Shown: one piece after another, positions 1-11,319 of the stretch
How positions within the stretch are numbered: the stretch's first letter is position 1
How the letters are laid out: every line of letters starts with the position of its first letter
Assembly (NCBI GenBank): GCA_028534125.1
Contig: CM052841.1
Coordinates: 61,380,001 to 61,444,000, forward strand
Reading direction: 5' to 3'
Length of the DNA: 64,000 nucleotides
DNA from: Lama glama
Taxonomy: Eukaryota
The notes under the pieces: generated by a model
The model's input: only the letters and a program-made list of their open reading frames with translations
Database searches by the model: none
What the model was told of the DNA's origin: nothing
Translations under genes and position numbers: made by a program

Positions 1-579
1 TAAAATTCGCGTTTCTCTGGGACTTCTCAGTCTTGCTCCATTTTTACAAAAAGCCGGTGGATATCATTGAAATCCCTGTTTTGTGAATGAAAAAAAAACC
101 AAAAAACTTCTTACCGTTTGACTTACGACTTACCAATGTCATATGCCAGATGAATACCCAATTTGACCCAAGACCTCATGCTCATGGCTGGGGTTCCACC
201 CTTCCCTGACTTATGCATCCTCCATTTAATATCTCTGCCTCCATGGAGAGAAACAGTATAGGAGGAACACAGGCTGGGGAGAGGCTTATTTCCTTCACGC
301 TTTGCTGCCCAGAGCTGAGCACCTTGCTGCATCCGTCCCTTCTGGGAAACAGGGAGGATTGCAGTTAGCTTTTCTCTGGGTCAGATAATTTTGTCTGCAA
401 CATTGTAAACTGACTGTACTTCAATTTAAAAGGAAAAAGAAATTTTGTCTGATCCCCCAAAAGCGGATGAGAGCATGAGCCCATTTTGTGCAAGTGAAGG
501 TGCATTTTCATAGCAGGATCAGGATGACTGCTCCTCTTTGACCTCTAGTCTTTAGATTTCTAATTAGAAACTGACAATC

Positions 580-830
580 ATAATAATAGTGACAATAGTT
601 CACATTTACTTTTTTATCATGCGGCAGGCACCACACCAAGCACTTTACACATATTATCTCATTCAGTCCTCCCAACACTCCTTCCTCTGAGGGAGGCACT
701 ATTTTAAACTGATTTTATAGCTGCAGAAGCTAAATAAGACTTGTTAAAAGTTTCACCACTTACTAGTGCCATTTTCTAGGGGTGGGACCAGTGCTCAAAC
801 CTGGGTCTGATCCCAGTGCCCCAACCACTA
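580..830 (-). mobile_element. MIR SINE
   Basis: Antisense MIR core: ccaagcactttacacatattatctcattcagtcctcccaaca...attttatag. Confidence 0.6.
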
Positions 831-1123
831 ACCTCAGAATATGCCATTTGTTCCTTCCAACAGGCCTTTACCCTCTGGGGAAACCAGGAAGGTGGGCTGA
901 AGAGAGGAGTGTCTCCAGGGGCCTCCTGTCAGAACAGGGGCTCAAGATGGGAGACTGAGGGCCCTCCCAGGGTCAGCCAGTCCTAAAGAAGGGAAGGGTG
1001 AGCGGTGGAGGAAGGACTAGAGCTTCTCCATCCTCAGGACTAGCCTGGGGCCATTGGGATGACTCCTAGCACTACTTTGGAGAGAGAGTCAGGACAGTGG
1101 CCCTGAGAATCTGAAGGATTTCA

Positions 1124-1637
1124 CGTGGTAGAGAGCTTCCAAGACGGTCCCCAGTGATCCCTGCCCTGTGCAATCCCTTCCTCTGCAGCATGGGCAGAAC
1201 ATATTGACTCGCTTCTAACAAACAGAGTATGACAGGAACAACGGAACGTCATCTCGGGACTTAGTTGGAGAAGACTGCCCTCTCTGCTGCGTGCTCCTCT
1301 CTTCTGACTCTCTCGTGGCTCTCGCATCCTGGGAGAATCCAGCAGCTGTGTGTTTGGCAGTCCTGTGGAGAGGCCTGTGTGGCAAGGGTTTGGGGCCTGC
1401 CAGTTACCATGTGAGTGAGTTCGGAAGCAGGTTCTGTCTAAGTGGAGCCCTCAGAGAAGACTGCGGCCCCGGCTAGGAGCCGGACTGCAAGTCTCAAGAG
1501 ATACCCTGAGCCAGAGACACCCAGCTAAGACATATTCAAATTCCTGACCCTTGGAAACTGCAACATGGCAAATGTTTATTGTTGTAAGAGGCTAAATCTG
1601 GGGGTACTTTGTCACACAGCAGTGGATAACTAGTGCA
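1124..1637 (+). mobile_element. MaLR solo LTR (MLT1 family)
   Basis: Typical MLT1 motifs: caagacggtccccagtgatccc, gagccctcagagaagactgcggcccc, cacccagctaag...aaattcctgaccc, and 3' end ctaaatctggggtactttgtcacacagcagtggataactagtgca. Confidence 0.75.
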
Positions 1638-2461
1638 CCACACCACCTTCATCACTTCCCCACATTTGTTACTTTGTTGCCCCATCTGTACTGAAACAAA
1701 TCAGCTCTGAAATTCAACACACAAAAAACTGTCAGATTCTGGATGTTTAAAAGTAGAATTGAACTACATTACGTTTACTCATTCACCCGTTGAACACATT
1801 TTGTATAAACCCACCAAGTACAAGTAAGAGGCATTACAGAAACCGCAGGAAGCAAGAGGGCAAATCACTGCCCTCAAGGCCACAGGAGACTAACAGCTGG
1901 CACATGATTGAATCAGGAGCAGGTTGCAATGGGGCCAAAGAGTGGGAGCGGGAGACAGAGGAATCAGGAAATTCCCAACCACCCCACATAGCAACCCACA
2001 CCATGGTGGAGCAAGCAGGCAATTCCTGTATGTATTTTGGGTTTGCTTTGTTGACTGAAATGCAGAACTGTGACCCGCTCCCTTGTGGAGGTGGGGCCAA
2101 CACAGAAAAAGGACATAACAGTTATTGACAATCTCCTAGACACAACAGATGCCTCAGGCTGAACCTCAGACTTTAGCAAGTAGGCCTTAAGAAGGAAAGG
2201 ACTCTTTTTATCTCTCTCTCTGGTCTTCAGTCTCTTGGGTCTGGGTTCTAGTGATAAACGTGGAGGTATATACCCCTGGGCAGTGGGTGCCGAACTGCTG
2301 TCTAGAATAACGGATGAGTCTAGGAGCAAAAAGGGAGGAATTACTTCCTACCTGCCTTTGACTATTTATAGAGAGGACTCTATGATTCCATAAATCCAGG
2401 ACAAGTCATCGACTGTAAGTTTCCTTAGATGTGTGTTATTTTCTGTTTACTTCTGGGACAC

Positions 2462-2710
2462 AATATAGCAGAGCAGTTAAGAGCAAGAGCCCTGGAGGCA
2501 AACTGCTTTCTTTCATATCCTGACTCCACTACTAATTAGCTGAATAATCTTGGAAATATAATTTACTTTCTCTCTGCCTCCCTTCATTATCTTTAAAATG
2601 GGAATAATCGCTGGATTTACCTTATGGGGTTGCTGTGAAGAGCAAATAAATCATTGTATGCCATGCACTGCAGATAGTCCCCTGCATGGAGTAAACACTC
2701 AATATTTATC
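2462..2710 (+). mobile_element. MIR SINE, near full length
   Basis: gcagttaagagcaagagccctggaggcaaactg...atctttaaaatgggaataat...ccttatggggttgctgtgaag...cactcaata. Confidence 0.7.
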
Positions 2711-3109
2711 TGCCGTCAGATATTTATCATTAAAAAAATTCCTTAATTAAAAAAAAAAAAAGACTGTCAGATTGATCTCTGGGGCAGCAGGAAGTGCTGG
2801 GTCCCTCTCAGAAGCTGGTTTTGAGAGGAGGAAGTCCTCCAGGAAGAGGGGGTGGTTACCACTTTGAGAGGTGATGGAATCTTGCCCATCTGTGAGAAAG
2901 GAGGGTGCCTGAGGACTAAAGCCTGAAAGGTCCTAGGAGGTTACCCTCAGAGAGGCTGCACTGCCCTTCCTAAGTGTACATCGGGCTCAGGGTGTCAGGT
3001 GTCCAGACGTTCAGAGGCCCAGGAGTGCCTGTTCAGGGGGCAGGACCTCTGCTTCATGTGGCCAGAAGGCCTTGCTCAGGAGTGCCGTTCAGCTCCTACT
3101 CATCCTTCT

Positions 3110-3810
3110 AAAAACTTTTAAAACTACGGAAGTAACACACTGTTTGCTGTAAAACTCATTCACACTAAAAAGTCTACAAAGTAAAGAGTGAAAGTCCCTG
3201 GCTCTCCCTCCTGCTTGGCATGTATCCTTCCGGGCACTTTAATCCACACGTACAAGTATCTGTGCATGTGGGGGTGTGCAAAGAGTCTTGTGCTTCTTGA
3301 CCAAAATGAGAGTGGGTAAAGAGTTTGTTTTGCACCTTGCTTTTTCCACTGAAAGTGTCGTGGGCATTGTTCAGTGGCAGCAAGTCCAGAACACCGTCAT
3401 TCTTCCCAGTGGCTCCGTGGCATCTCGGCCACGTGGGGCTTTGTGGGACGGTGCCTGGATGTGCACCGATCCGTTTGGCCCCAACTGATAAATGCCTAGG
3501 TTGTTTCTACTTTTTCCCTTGGACAGATGGTGCTGTTGAGAATATCTTTATTCATGTATCTTTAGTCACCTGTCAGAGTAATTCTGAAACTGAGAGCTGG
3601 GAATGGAATTCTGGGCAAGACCAAAAATTAGTATTTGGTGGCTGCTGCTGGAGGGCCCGCTGCAAGGTTGCAGTTCCACTCTCGCCAGCACGTGTGAGTC
3701 TGCCTGTCTTCTCCATGCTCACCAGTGCTAGGTATTACCAGCCGTTTACTTACTATGAAATGACAGGTGAAAGATGGCCTCTCGCTTTAATACTCATTTC
3801 TCTACCTGCT
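3110..3810 (-). mobile_element. Old L1 (L1M-type) 3' fragment
   Basis: Antisense L1M 3'-end motifs: ctaggttgtttctacttttt, tgctgttgagaatatctttattcatgtatcttt, cagttccactctcgccagca, ctccatgctcaccag. Confidence 0.55.
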
Positions 3811-5214
3811 CATTTTTTGTGCTCTTAGCAAAGAAGCTGCTTCTTGCTTCAAGCACATACTCCCTGGGCCTGGGTCAGGCAGCCAGCCTTCTAGGCCTCC
3901 CACCCCGCTACTCAACTGCCCCTGCTCCTGCCTCTGCATCCTGAACATCTGTCCTTAATCCCCCTCCCTGCATCCCCAGCACAGCCTTGTGCTGCTGCTG
4001 TGATCAGTGAGGAAAGGCTGGCTGGCTGACTGTCGGGTCCCCAGGGAGAGGAGCTGACAGAAATCCATGCCCGGCACACTCGCCTTGGGCTGGGTCAGCT
4101 TTCCGGGCTCCAAGAAGGCTGCGTGCTGCTTCTGATTCTTTCCCCAATTTGAGATGACTAGGGCGTGGCTCCAGTCATATGGCTGCAGAAGACAATTCTA
4201 ATTCCATTCCTTCATTAGCTACCCAGGCTCTGAGCCACTCCTAGCTCTGCTAAGTGTTGGGGCAAATGTGACCTGTCTACCCTTGCCCAGGGAGCTGTCC
4301 TCCCAACATGACATGTCCTTTAGCTTTCGGAGGGTACACGTGCTGTGGCAGCCAGGGAGGAAGCACCCCTTGACCAGCTCATGAGTCAGATTTAATACAA
4401 CCACGGCTGAGCAGGGGCAGGGACAGTCAGATGGCCCACCCACTTGGGAGGTGACGCATGTGGAAGTGCGTTGGGAAGGCTGTATAGGTGGGAGGGATTA
4501 CCTGTGTCTGGGTTCCCATGTGTGGGCTGAGCCGGCCTAGGCCAGGATGCCCCCATTCAGGAGAGATGGGAACACTTCAATGTTCCAGTGATGGTAGGGA
4601 CCAAGGCTTGTGTCCACAAGGGCTGGAATCCCAGACTAGGGCTGGTTCAGGCCTGACGATGGGATCTGAGAGATGGGGTAAGCAAACCCCAGTCCTGCAG
4701 GCATGGAGATGGGAGATGAGCCTCCACAAAAGGGACCCAGTTACCAGAGAGTGCAGGCCAAGGCTTGGACTAGGTAGAGTCGGTGCACGAGGTGACAGCC
4801 AGACCAGCCACAAGTGGGACACTTCTACTGCCAAAGGGTGGAGCTTAGTCTGCAGATAGCGGGACATGTGGCTTTCTTGTCGTACAAGAGGAAGGGAGAA
4901 AGGCAGGGCCCAGCCACTTTAGCCCTAACAAAGGATTGGAAACCCCAAGAAATTGTGAAATATTCTCCACTGCTGCCCCCTGTTGTTCTGTGCCCTCTGC
5001 TTGGAGATGGGGCCAACAGCCCTGGTCTTGCTTCCTGACATCCAGGGACCTACTGTCCATTTGCTGCTTCTGCACAGGCAGGCTGGCTGGCCACCTCACA
5101 CACCTGCTTCTGTGGAAACGGGCTCCATGCTGCCATGATTCTAGGAAGTGATGATGGAATGAGAAAGGAGCCTCAGTGGCTTCCTTTCATCCTTGGGGAC
5201 AGCCGTCTAATCCT

Positions 5215-5405
5215 GCAGAGTCAGGAGCTCAGGAGTCGGACAGACTTGAGCTCAAATCCTGACTGTCCCAGGCTGTGTGTTCTTGGGCAAGTCACTTACA
5301 ACTCTGAGTCTCAATTTCTGTTACGTCAAAGGGAGGGTAATTGCAGAACCCACCCCATAGGGTTTTTGTGAGTTTAGAGAGACACACATGGAAAGCGCTG
5401 ACGCA
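5215..5405 (+). mobile_element. MIR SINE
   Basis: ctcaaatcctgact...tgtgttcttgggcaagtcacttacaactctgagtctcaatttc...catagggtttttgtgag. Confidence 0.65.
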
Positions 5406-5996
5406 GGGTGGATGGTATGAGTGTTTCCCAGAGTGAATACTGCCCGGAAGAGCCCAGCAGTGGGGAACTTGTTGCTTCCTGTGTCCACAGAGATGATTGA
5501 GGAACCTGGCGTATCTAGGAAGGGCAGGAGGAGCCCCATCTGGGCACAGCCATGTGTCATGTTTAGTGACACAGCTGGGCCTGAAAGGGCTGGGTGTGCT
5601 TTCTGGGGTGGGCCAGGTGTCAGCTGGGGGAGCTGGGGAACACAATCTAACAAGTAGTGGGACAGAATCCATCTCGCTGGCCAAAGGTCGTCTCCAGAGA
5701 GGATGAGGGCCAACCAGAGCTGATGTACATAGTCTAGACCTCTTTTTGGCTATAGACCCAGCCCTTGACCCCTCCTTCTCCAAGAACCCAGCTCTGCGCT
5801 GAGCCCAGTCAATAGGACTGAGGGGGACACACAGCCCCCAGCGGGCCAGTCGGGTCCTCTGGCTGGGAGTTAGCTGGAAAGGAGAAGGACTTTGAGTCTT
5901 TGCTGGCACTCAAACCAGCAGGACATGTGAGCTCAGAAATTCCATGCTGGGAAAAGCAGATGGCTGCACAATGAGAAACAGAGAGACCTCGTAGGC

Positions 5997-6030
5997 AGGG
6001 GAAAGGGAAAGGGAAAGGAAAGGGAGAGAA
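5997..6030 (+). repeat. Polypurine (GGGAAA)n tract
   Basis: aggggaaagggaaagggaaaggaaagggagagaa read directly. Confidence 0.85.
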
Positions 6031-8559
6031 GCCGAGAGAGCTGCTGCCCTGCCCCTTGAAGGCCTTCCAGGTGGTTTCTGGTTCCTGGCCCTCGTGAGGC
6101 CCAGCTGCGTCCCTGCTCATGGACTCTGGGAGCTACCTCGTGTCCTTATGTAACCAGCTTATTCAGTGAGCTGGACTCAATCAGGTGTAAGAAGAAACCA
6201 ACTTTATTTTTCCCTTGTGTCCTTCCCAGCCTACTCTGTGGATTAGTTCTTTTCCCAATTGACGCTGAGAACTTAACAGGCCCCTGAAGTCTCGCTGTTA
6301 ACAGTCACATGACTCCAGACTGTCCAGTGGAGTGATCAGGAGGCTGGACTCCTACAGCCCGGCCAGGCTGGAGGTCTGGGGCCGGGGAGGGTGCACAGTC
6401 AGCGTCTCCACTAGACCCCGCAGTCCCACTGTCTCCCTAGCTTGCCCACTGAGCTTTGTGGCCCCTGGGGTTGGAACAGGGGAGAGGGATGAAGGAGAGG
6501 TATGGGGTCCATCTGATACGGCCGGTTCAGTGGGAACCCAGAGCTGGTGCCCTGTGGTGCCAGGTGCCCAAAGTACCCACGCTCTGTCTTTTTCCCTTTC
6601 CTGTCTTTTCTCCCTCTTCCCTGCTGCTGCTTCACAATTTCCCTTCTGGGCACCTCTGACTCCGCCCCCTGATAGGATAATGCTTCTCCTCCAGCTGACC
6701 TCTTAGGACCTTTCCTTGGCTCCTGGGCTTCCTGCACTGCCCCCACCCCACCACCCAGGCTGCCCTCTGCCTCCTAGCAACCTGTGTCCTTTGATTCCCT
6801 GCCGCTCCCAGGGCAGTGTCGTTTCTCACTGCCCGCCGCCGCTGGCCTGCAGACTTGAGGCATGAGTCAGTTGGTAGTGCTTGCACTCGGCCATGCCAGG
6901 CTCTTAGAAGAGTCCCTTGAAGTTCCTCTCACTTGATTTAGGGAGGGGGAACACCTACCTTCCCTGTGGTGGCAGTGGGATGCCATAGGGACGACTCATC
7001 CCCAACCCCACGATACTTTTTCGGCTCTCGTTACATGGGCTGCAGATGGGCAGTCGGTTAATGCTGTAGAGCCAGTTTGGGGTCATCCCCTGCAGAGAGG
7101 GTCTTGCACCTAGCTCTAGAATATAGGGGCTCTTGGCAGCTATTATTTTGTCCTTAGCCTTTTGAGTCTCAGATAAAACTGAGGCAGAAAAGAATGCCAG
7201 TTTAACATTCTGTTCCATTTAAAATGTCCCCTTTTTTATTTAGTCCAGTTCTCTGGCTCTCTCGTACTATAACCGAGAGTTTTTACTACACTGTGTAAAA
7301 CAAACGAGGCGCCCCTGGGAGATCAGGGAGGACCCCTTGAGCTCCCAGAGAGGATCTGTGGATTATGAGCATCATTGATTCCCATTGCTGGTGTTTTCTG
7401 TAGTTCAAAGGTTTCTCTTTCAATCTTGCTCAAACTGGCAGGATTTGGGGGAAGGGGTCTTATTCAGCATCACTTGTTTGGGGAACATCTCTGTCTTCCT
7501 GACATGTTCCCCACATGAGCCCAGCAGGTGGGTGCCCTCCATCCACCAACGTATTGGCCCAAACTGGGGTACCGGGGTTTGGCTGGGGCAGGGGAGAGTC
7601 CGGGTTTCATTGGCTTCCTTCTGGGTCCGCAGGTGCGCTCACTGTGGAGACCTTAGTAACGGCAGGAGCCCTATGACTGTAGGTCTCAAAAGTCACCGTG
7701 GGAGGGGAGAGGGGGAGTGTTGATGTGGGTTGGTCGGGCTGAGTGTACCTGGCTAGCTGCTGGCAGGTGAGTGTCTCTCTGGGCACCAAGGCCCCGCACC
7801 TGACCACAGCCCTCATCTCCCATTCTCTTCTTCGATGCTGTTGGTTTGGTAAACTGCCTCCCTCCCCCCATTTCACTGTAGGGAGAGTGGGTTCCACATC
7901 TCTGATGGGCTTATTCCTTCCTCTCCTTCCATGTAGCCAGGGTACAATTTGACGAAGACTCAAGTTTGGGTCCTGGGGTGGGTGGGGGCTGGTGTCGTGC
8001 TCTGCTTTTGTTTGGTTCTCAGCTAGTTTAGAAAAAGGGCTACCGTCCCTTGTCCAGAGCTCTCTGCTTTGGGATTTGGACCCAAGACCAATAACCGATA
8101 AGGTTGGGCCCTGTTTTCCTTTGCCTTCAATCCTTGCATCCCACACACCCCCACTCCAGATGTGTCGGGGTGGGGAGGGGTGGCTCTGGTCTGGGCCAAG
8201 GCAGAGATATTCTCACCTAATAGTGTCCAGATTCCACTGTGACCCCAAAAACTGCCTAGGAGTTTGGGAGAAGAGTTTGAGAACTCTTACTCAGTAGTGC
8301 CTGACTCCCAGAACCTTCTGAATTAATCCCTGCTGGGGTATTTTTACCAGTGCTCTGGCTCCAAGCCTCACTTCTCCCCTTCTGTGAAGTGAGAGGAAAG
8401 TCCCTCCTTTACAGGCTGCTGTGAAGTCACCTGAGAAGACGTAAGTCCAATTCCAGGCTCACAGAAGGCCCCAGGAAACGGCAGTCTCCCTGCACTGCAC
8501 CTTTGTTAAAAAGGGCTCTCATAAGGCAACATGACCTGGTCATTAAAAAGAGGGATTGG

Positions 8560-9095
8560 TGAGTCCAAAGGTTTAAGTGCCTTTTAAGTTTTGATAGATA
8601 CATTGCCAAATTGCTCTTCAAAAATATTGAATCAATTTATACTTCCATCCAGAGTACACAGAGTACATATTTCTCCGTTCCCTTGTCAGCATGGAGACTG
8701 ACATTTTTTCATCTTTGCCAATCCGCCAGGCACCGTGTGATGGTTTGGGCTTGAGTTAACGGACCTCTGTGGTGATTCTTGAGCTTGGCCTCTTTTCTTG
8801 TGTACTGGCCATTTGTGAGTCTTCTGATGTGTTCGTGTAATTAAGTTTTCTATAACAGTGTTTGTATCTTTCTTCTTAATTTGAAAGAGTACTTGGTGTA
8901 GCATGACTGTTATTCCTATATTTTTCTCTTGTTTAATATTTCCCTTTTAATCTTGGTCGTGTTTTGTTTTATTCCATTTTTCATAGGGCAAAAAAAAAAA
9001 AAAGGAATTTTCTTTAGTCAAAATCCCTTAGTCTTTTCCTTAATGGTTTTGGGGCTTCCTGTCAGGCCTAGAGACACCTTCCCAATCCACAGATC
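8560..9095 (-). mobile_element. Old L1 (L1M-type) fragment
   Basis: ttttgatagatacattgccaaattgctcttcaaaaa...aatttatacttccatc...tttttcatctttgccaatc...ggccatttgtg. Confidence 0.6.
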
Positions 9096-9149
9096 AGTTT
9101 TACAGGAGGGTGGTTCTGGCAACTAGTGTGGAAGTCAGATTGGAATGAG

Positions 9150-9440
9150 GGCTCCTGGTCTGGTGAGGGGCAGCCTGTTGTCGTAGTCGAGGGGAGAGGG
9201 GAGGAGAGCCTGCACCAGGGCAGGAAAGAGGGCTTGTGTGGAGGGATGGGTTGCCCTTGGCAAGGGGCTGGGAGGAGTCCTTGTTTCTGACCCGAGCAAT
9301 TGAGTAGATGGTGCCATTTGGTGAAATGGGACCAGATGTGGGGGAAGGTGTTTCAGGTGTTGACTGCACTGCCTGTGTCCAATGGAGATGTAGGACTCCT
9401 GAGGGCATCTATGGAAACCAGAGATAGGGAGAGTGCGATT
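9150..9440 (-). mobile_element. L2 LINE fragment
   Basis: gtttctgacccgagcaattgagtagatggtgccatttggtgaaatggg resembles antisense L2. Confidence 0.45.
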
Positions 9441-9575
9441 ACATGATTTTGGTGGATGCCCCTGGTGCTGAATCTCTTCTTGGTTTTACTCAAAAGCTCT
9501 GATATCAAGGGTCCCAGGAAGGCATTCTAAAACAATAATACACAGTGTAGATACATCCAAATTGCACTGATGGCT

Positions 9576-9581
9576 TTTATT
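9576..9581 (-). terminator. Distal polyadenylation signal AATAAA
   Basis: Plus strand reads tttatt at 9576-9581. Flanked by an upstream U-tract and UGUA motifs and a downstream GU-rich element. Confidence 0.75.
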
Positions 9582-10742
9582 GCAGATTTGTGTCATTACA
9601 AGGATAATCTGGGAATATATTAAAAAAAAAACCCTCCCTTTTATATACACAAAACGTGCTACATGGTACACTTTGTGAGACTGCTGAGGTAATAGGCACA
9701 CACCCAGACGCGGACAGTACCGAACGTTCCAACATCTAGCACACCCCGACCCGCGTGCCCTCTGGGGAGGGTCTTACCTTCTTGGTCATCCCTTGCTCCC
9801 TGCTTGGCAAGAGTCCCGGTAGTACTGAGCCTGACACTTCGTGGCCAACAGGACTCAGAGAGCCACCGCGCTGCAACGCAACAACCAAGGGATCCGTGGC
9901 CCCTGGTTATTCAGTAACTCAGGACAACTGGCCAGTCCTCATTTTTGTGGCACCTGTTCTCAGGGAAAGTGTAGTTTGGAAACAAAATATGGACTCTAGT
10001 CGGCCTGAGAACATGGGACTTTTGGTCTGTAGCCACTTGGGGCCCCCAATGATTGGATTATGACTTTGCTTCAATTGAATATCTGCTGGCAAGGTGGGTA
10101 ATTATTTCTGTGAAGGTTAAAACGACAGGTAGGCTAAAGTATGAATGAAAATACAAGACTGCAAATACCGTTACCTATGTGGCAGGCCTTTCAGGCCTGA
10201 CTTCCCCTTTCCTGACTAGAAACACGGAGTTCAGACTGTTTCCTACTCGGGGACTAAGGGATCTTGCCTGGAGGGAAAGCACAGGGGGACGGAAGAGGTA
10301 AGGAGTAAGTAGGCAAGGAGTAGAGAAGAGTGGAAAAGGTGCCTGGACAACAGTGGCTTGGGACTGATGCACAGAAGGCACTTAGCAAATGGCACCGATG
10401 AATGGGTAGGTGGGTGGGTGGGGAAAGGTCCTGAGAATGGAGAAAGGTATCAGAATGGACGGGGACGTGGAGTCTGAAATTTGACTAGGTGCCAAAAGGG
10501 GATCCTAAGCAAGGAAGCTGGGACCCCCTCTGGGAGAGGGCAGCACTGTGGACAGTCCTGGAAGAATCCAGGCATGTGGAAGCCAAGGATTATTCTTCGA
10601 GTTGGAGCTACACAGTCTGTGATCTGCTCTTAGGCTCAAGTAGCACATCAATAAAACGCTCTTCTCCTAAGAGCAGAGCTGTTGTTAACAGCCTCAGCAT
10701 CCGAGAACTGAGTCTACGTGTGTTAGGTGTATAAGGCAAACC

Positions 10743-10845
10743 TGTATATGTATCAAGATGTATGATGTGTGTGTGTATCTGAATGCATATACGTGTGGTA
10801 CACACGCAAGTGCACAAGGTCGGCTCACACACATGTATATTATGA
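10743..10845. repeat. Degenerate alternating purine-pyrimidine (TG/CA/TA) tract in the 3' UTR
   Basis: tgtatatgtat...atgtgtgtgtgtat...tacacacgca...cacacacatgtatat. Confidence 0.6.
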
Positions 10846-10865
10846 AGGTATTTTGCAGTTGTGTT

Positions 10866-10889
10866 TTTATTGTAGGGACTTAATTTATT
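10866..10889 (-). terminator. Pair of proximal polyadenylation signals (AATAAA at 10889-10884 and 10871-10866)
   Basis: Minus strand reads ttaAATAAAttaagtccctacAATAAAaacac, about 230-250 nt after the stop. A UG-repeat lies about 30 nt further downstream. Confidence 0.55.
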
Positions 10890-11119
10890 TAAGGGAAGAC
10901 TTGATTGCAGTCCTGTCCTGTCTGAAAACACGAGGGGCTGTCTGATGTGAAGAAAGTAGTAGGGACAGAGAATACCGTTTCGATTCAGTTCCGTTATCTG
11001 TCGCAGTGACTTGGGAAGAGTCCAGTGTCCCAGTCCTCCCGGCCCCAAGGTGACCCAGTGAGGAGGTGCTCTGTGTGCTGGGGCCAGCACGGCCACGAGC
11101 GGTCAGGCGGGGAGCCGGC

Positions 11120-11319
11120 CTAGTGGAAGGTGTTGGGGTTGGGCCGGATCATCATCACCACTTTCTTGAGCGAGTAGGAGCCCCCTCGGAACTCAGCCCA
11201 GTAGACTCCGTCCTGGTAGCGGCTCCGGTAGTGGCCCCCGCGGTACCAGACGCCATTGAGGTTGGAGTGGGCACAGGCGTTATACCACCAGCCGCCCTTC
11301 TGGTAGTGGGCACAGTTTC
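11120..11319 (-). CDS. ANGPTL2: ANGPTL2 exon 5 coding part (200 nt including TAG): C-terminal fibrinogen-like domain
   Basis: Translates [66 protein letters not shown] then stop. Acceptor ctctcctgaag|GA. Stop TAG at 11122-11120. Confidence 0.98.

Larger units (their letters stand above)
9555..11119 (-). other. ANGPTL2: ANGPTL2 3' UTR (long form, about 1.56 kb)
   Basis: Follows the stop codon and ends just after AATAAA at 9581-9576. UGUA motifs lie upstream and a GU/U-rich tract (tgtgtattattgtttt) lies downstream. Confidence 0.75.

Noticed and set aside
5292-5909. 205-aa minus-strand ORF downstream of ANGPTL2
   Set aside because: Non-ATG start, ends in a MIR, and has the composition of a chance ORF.
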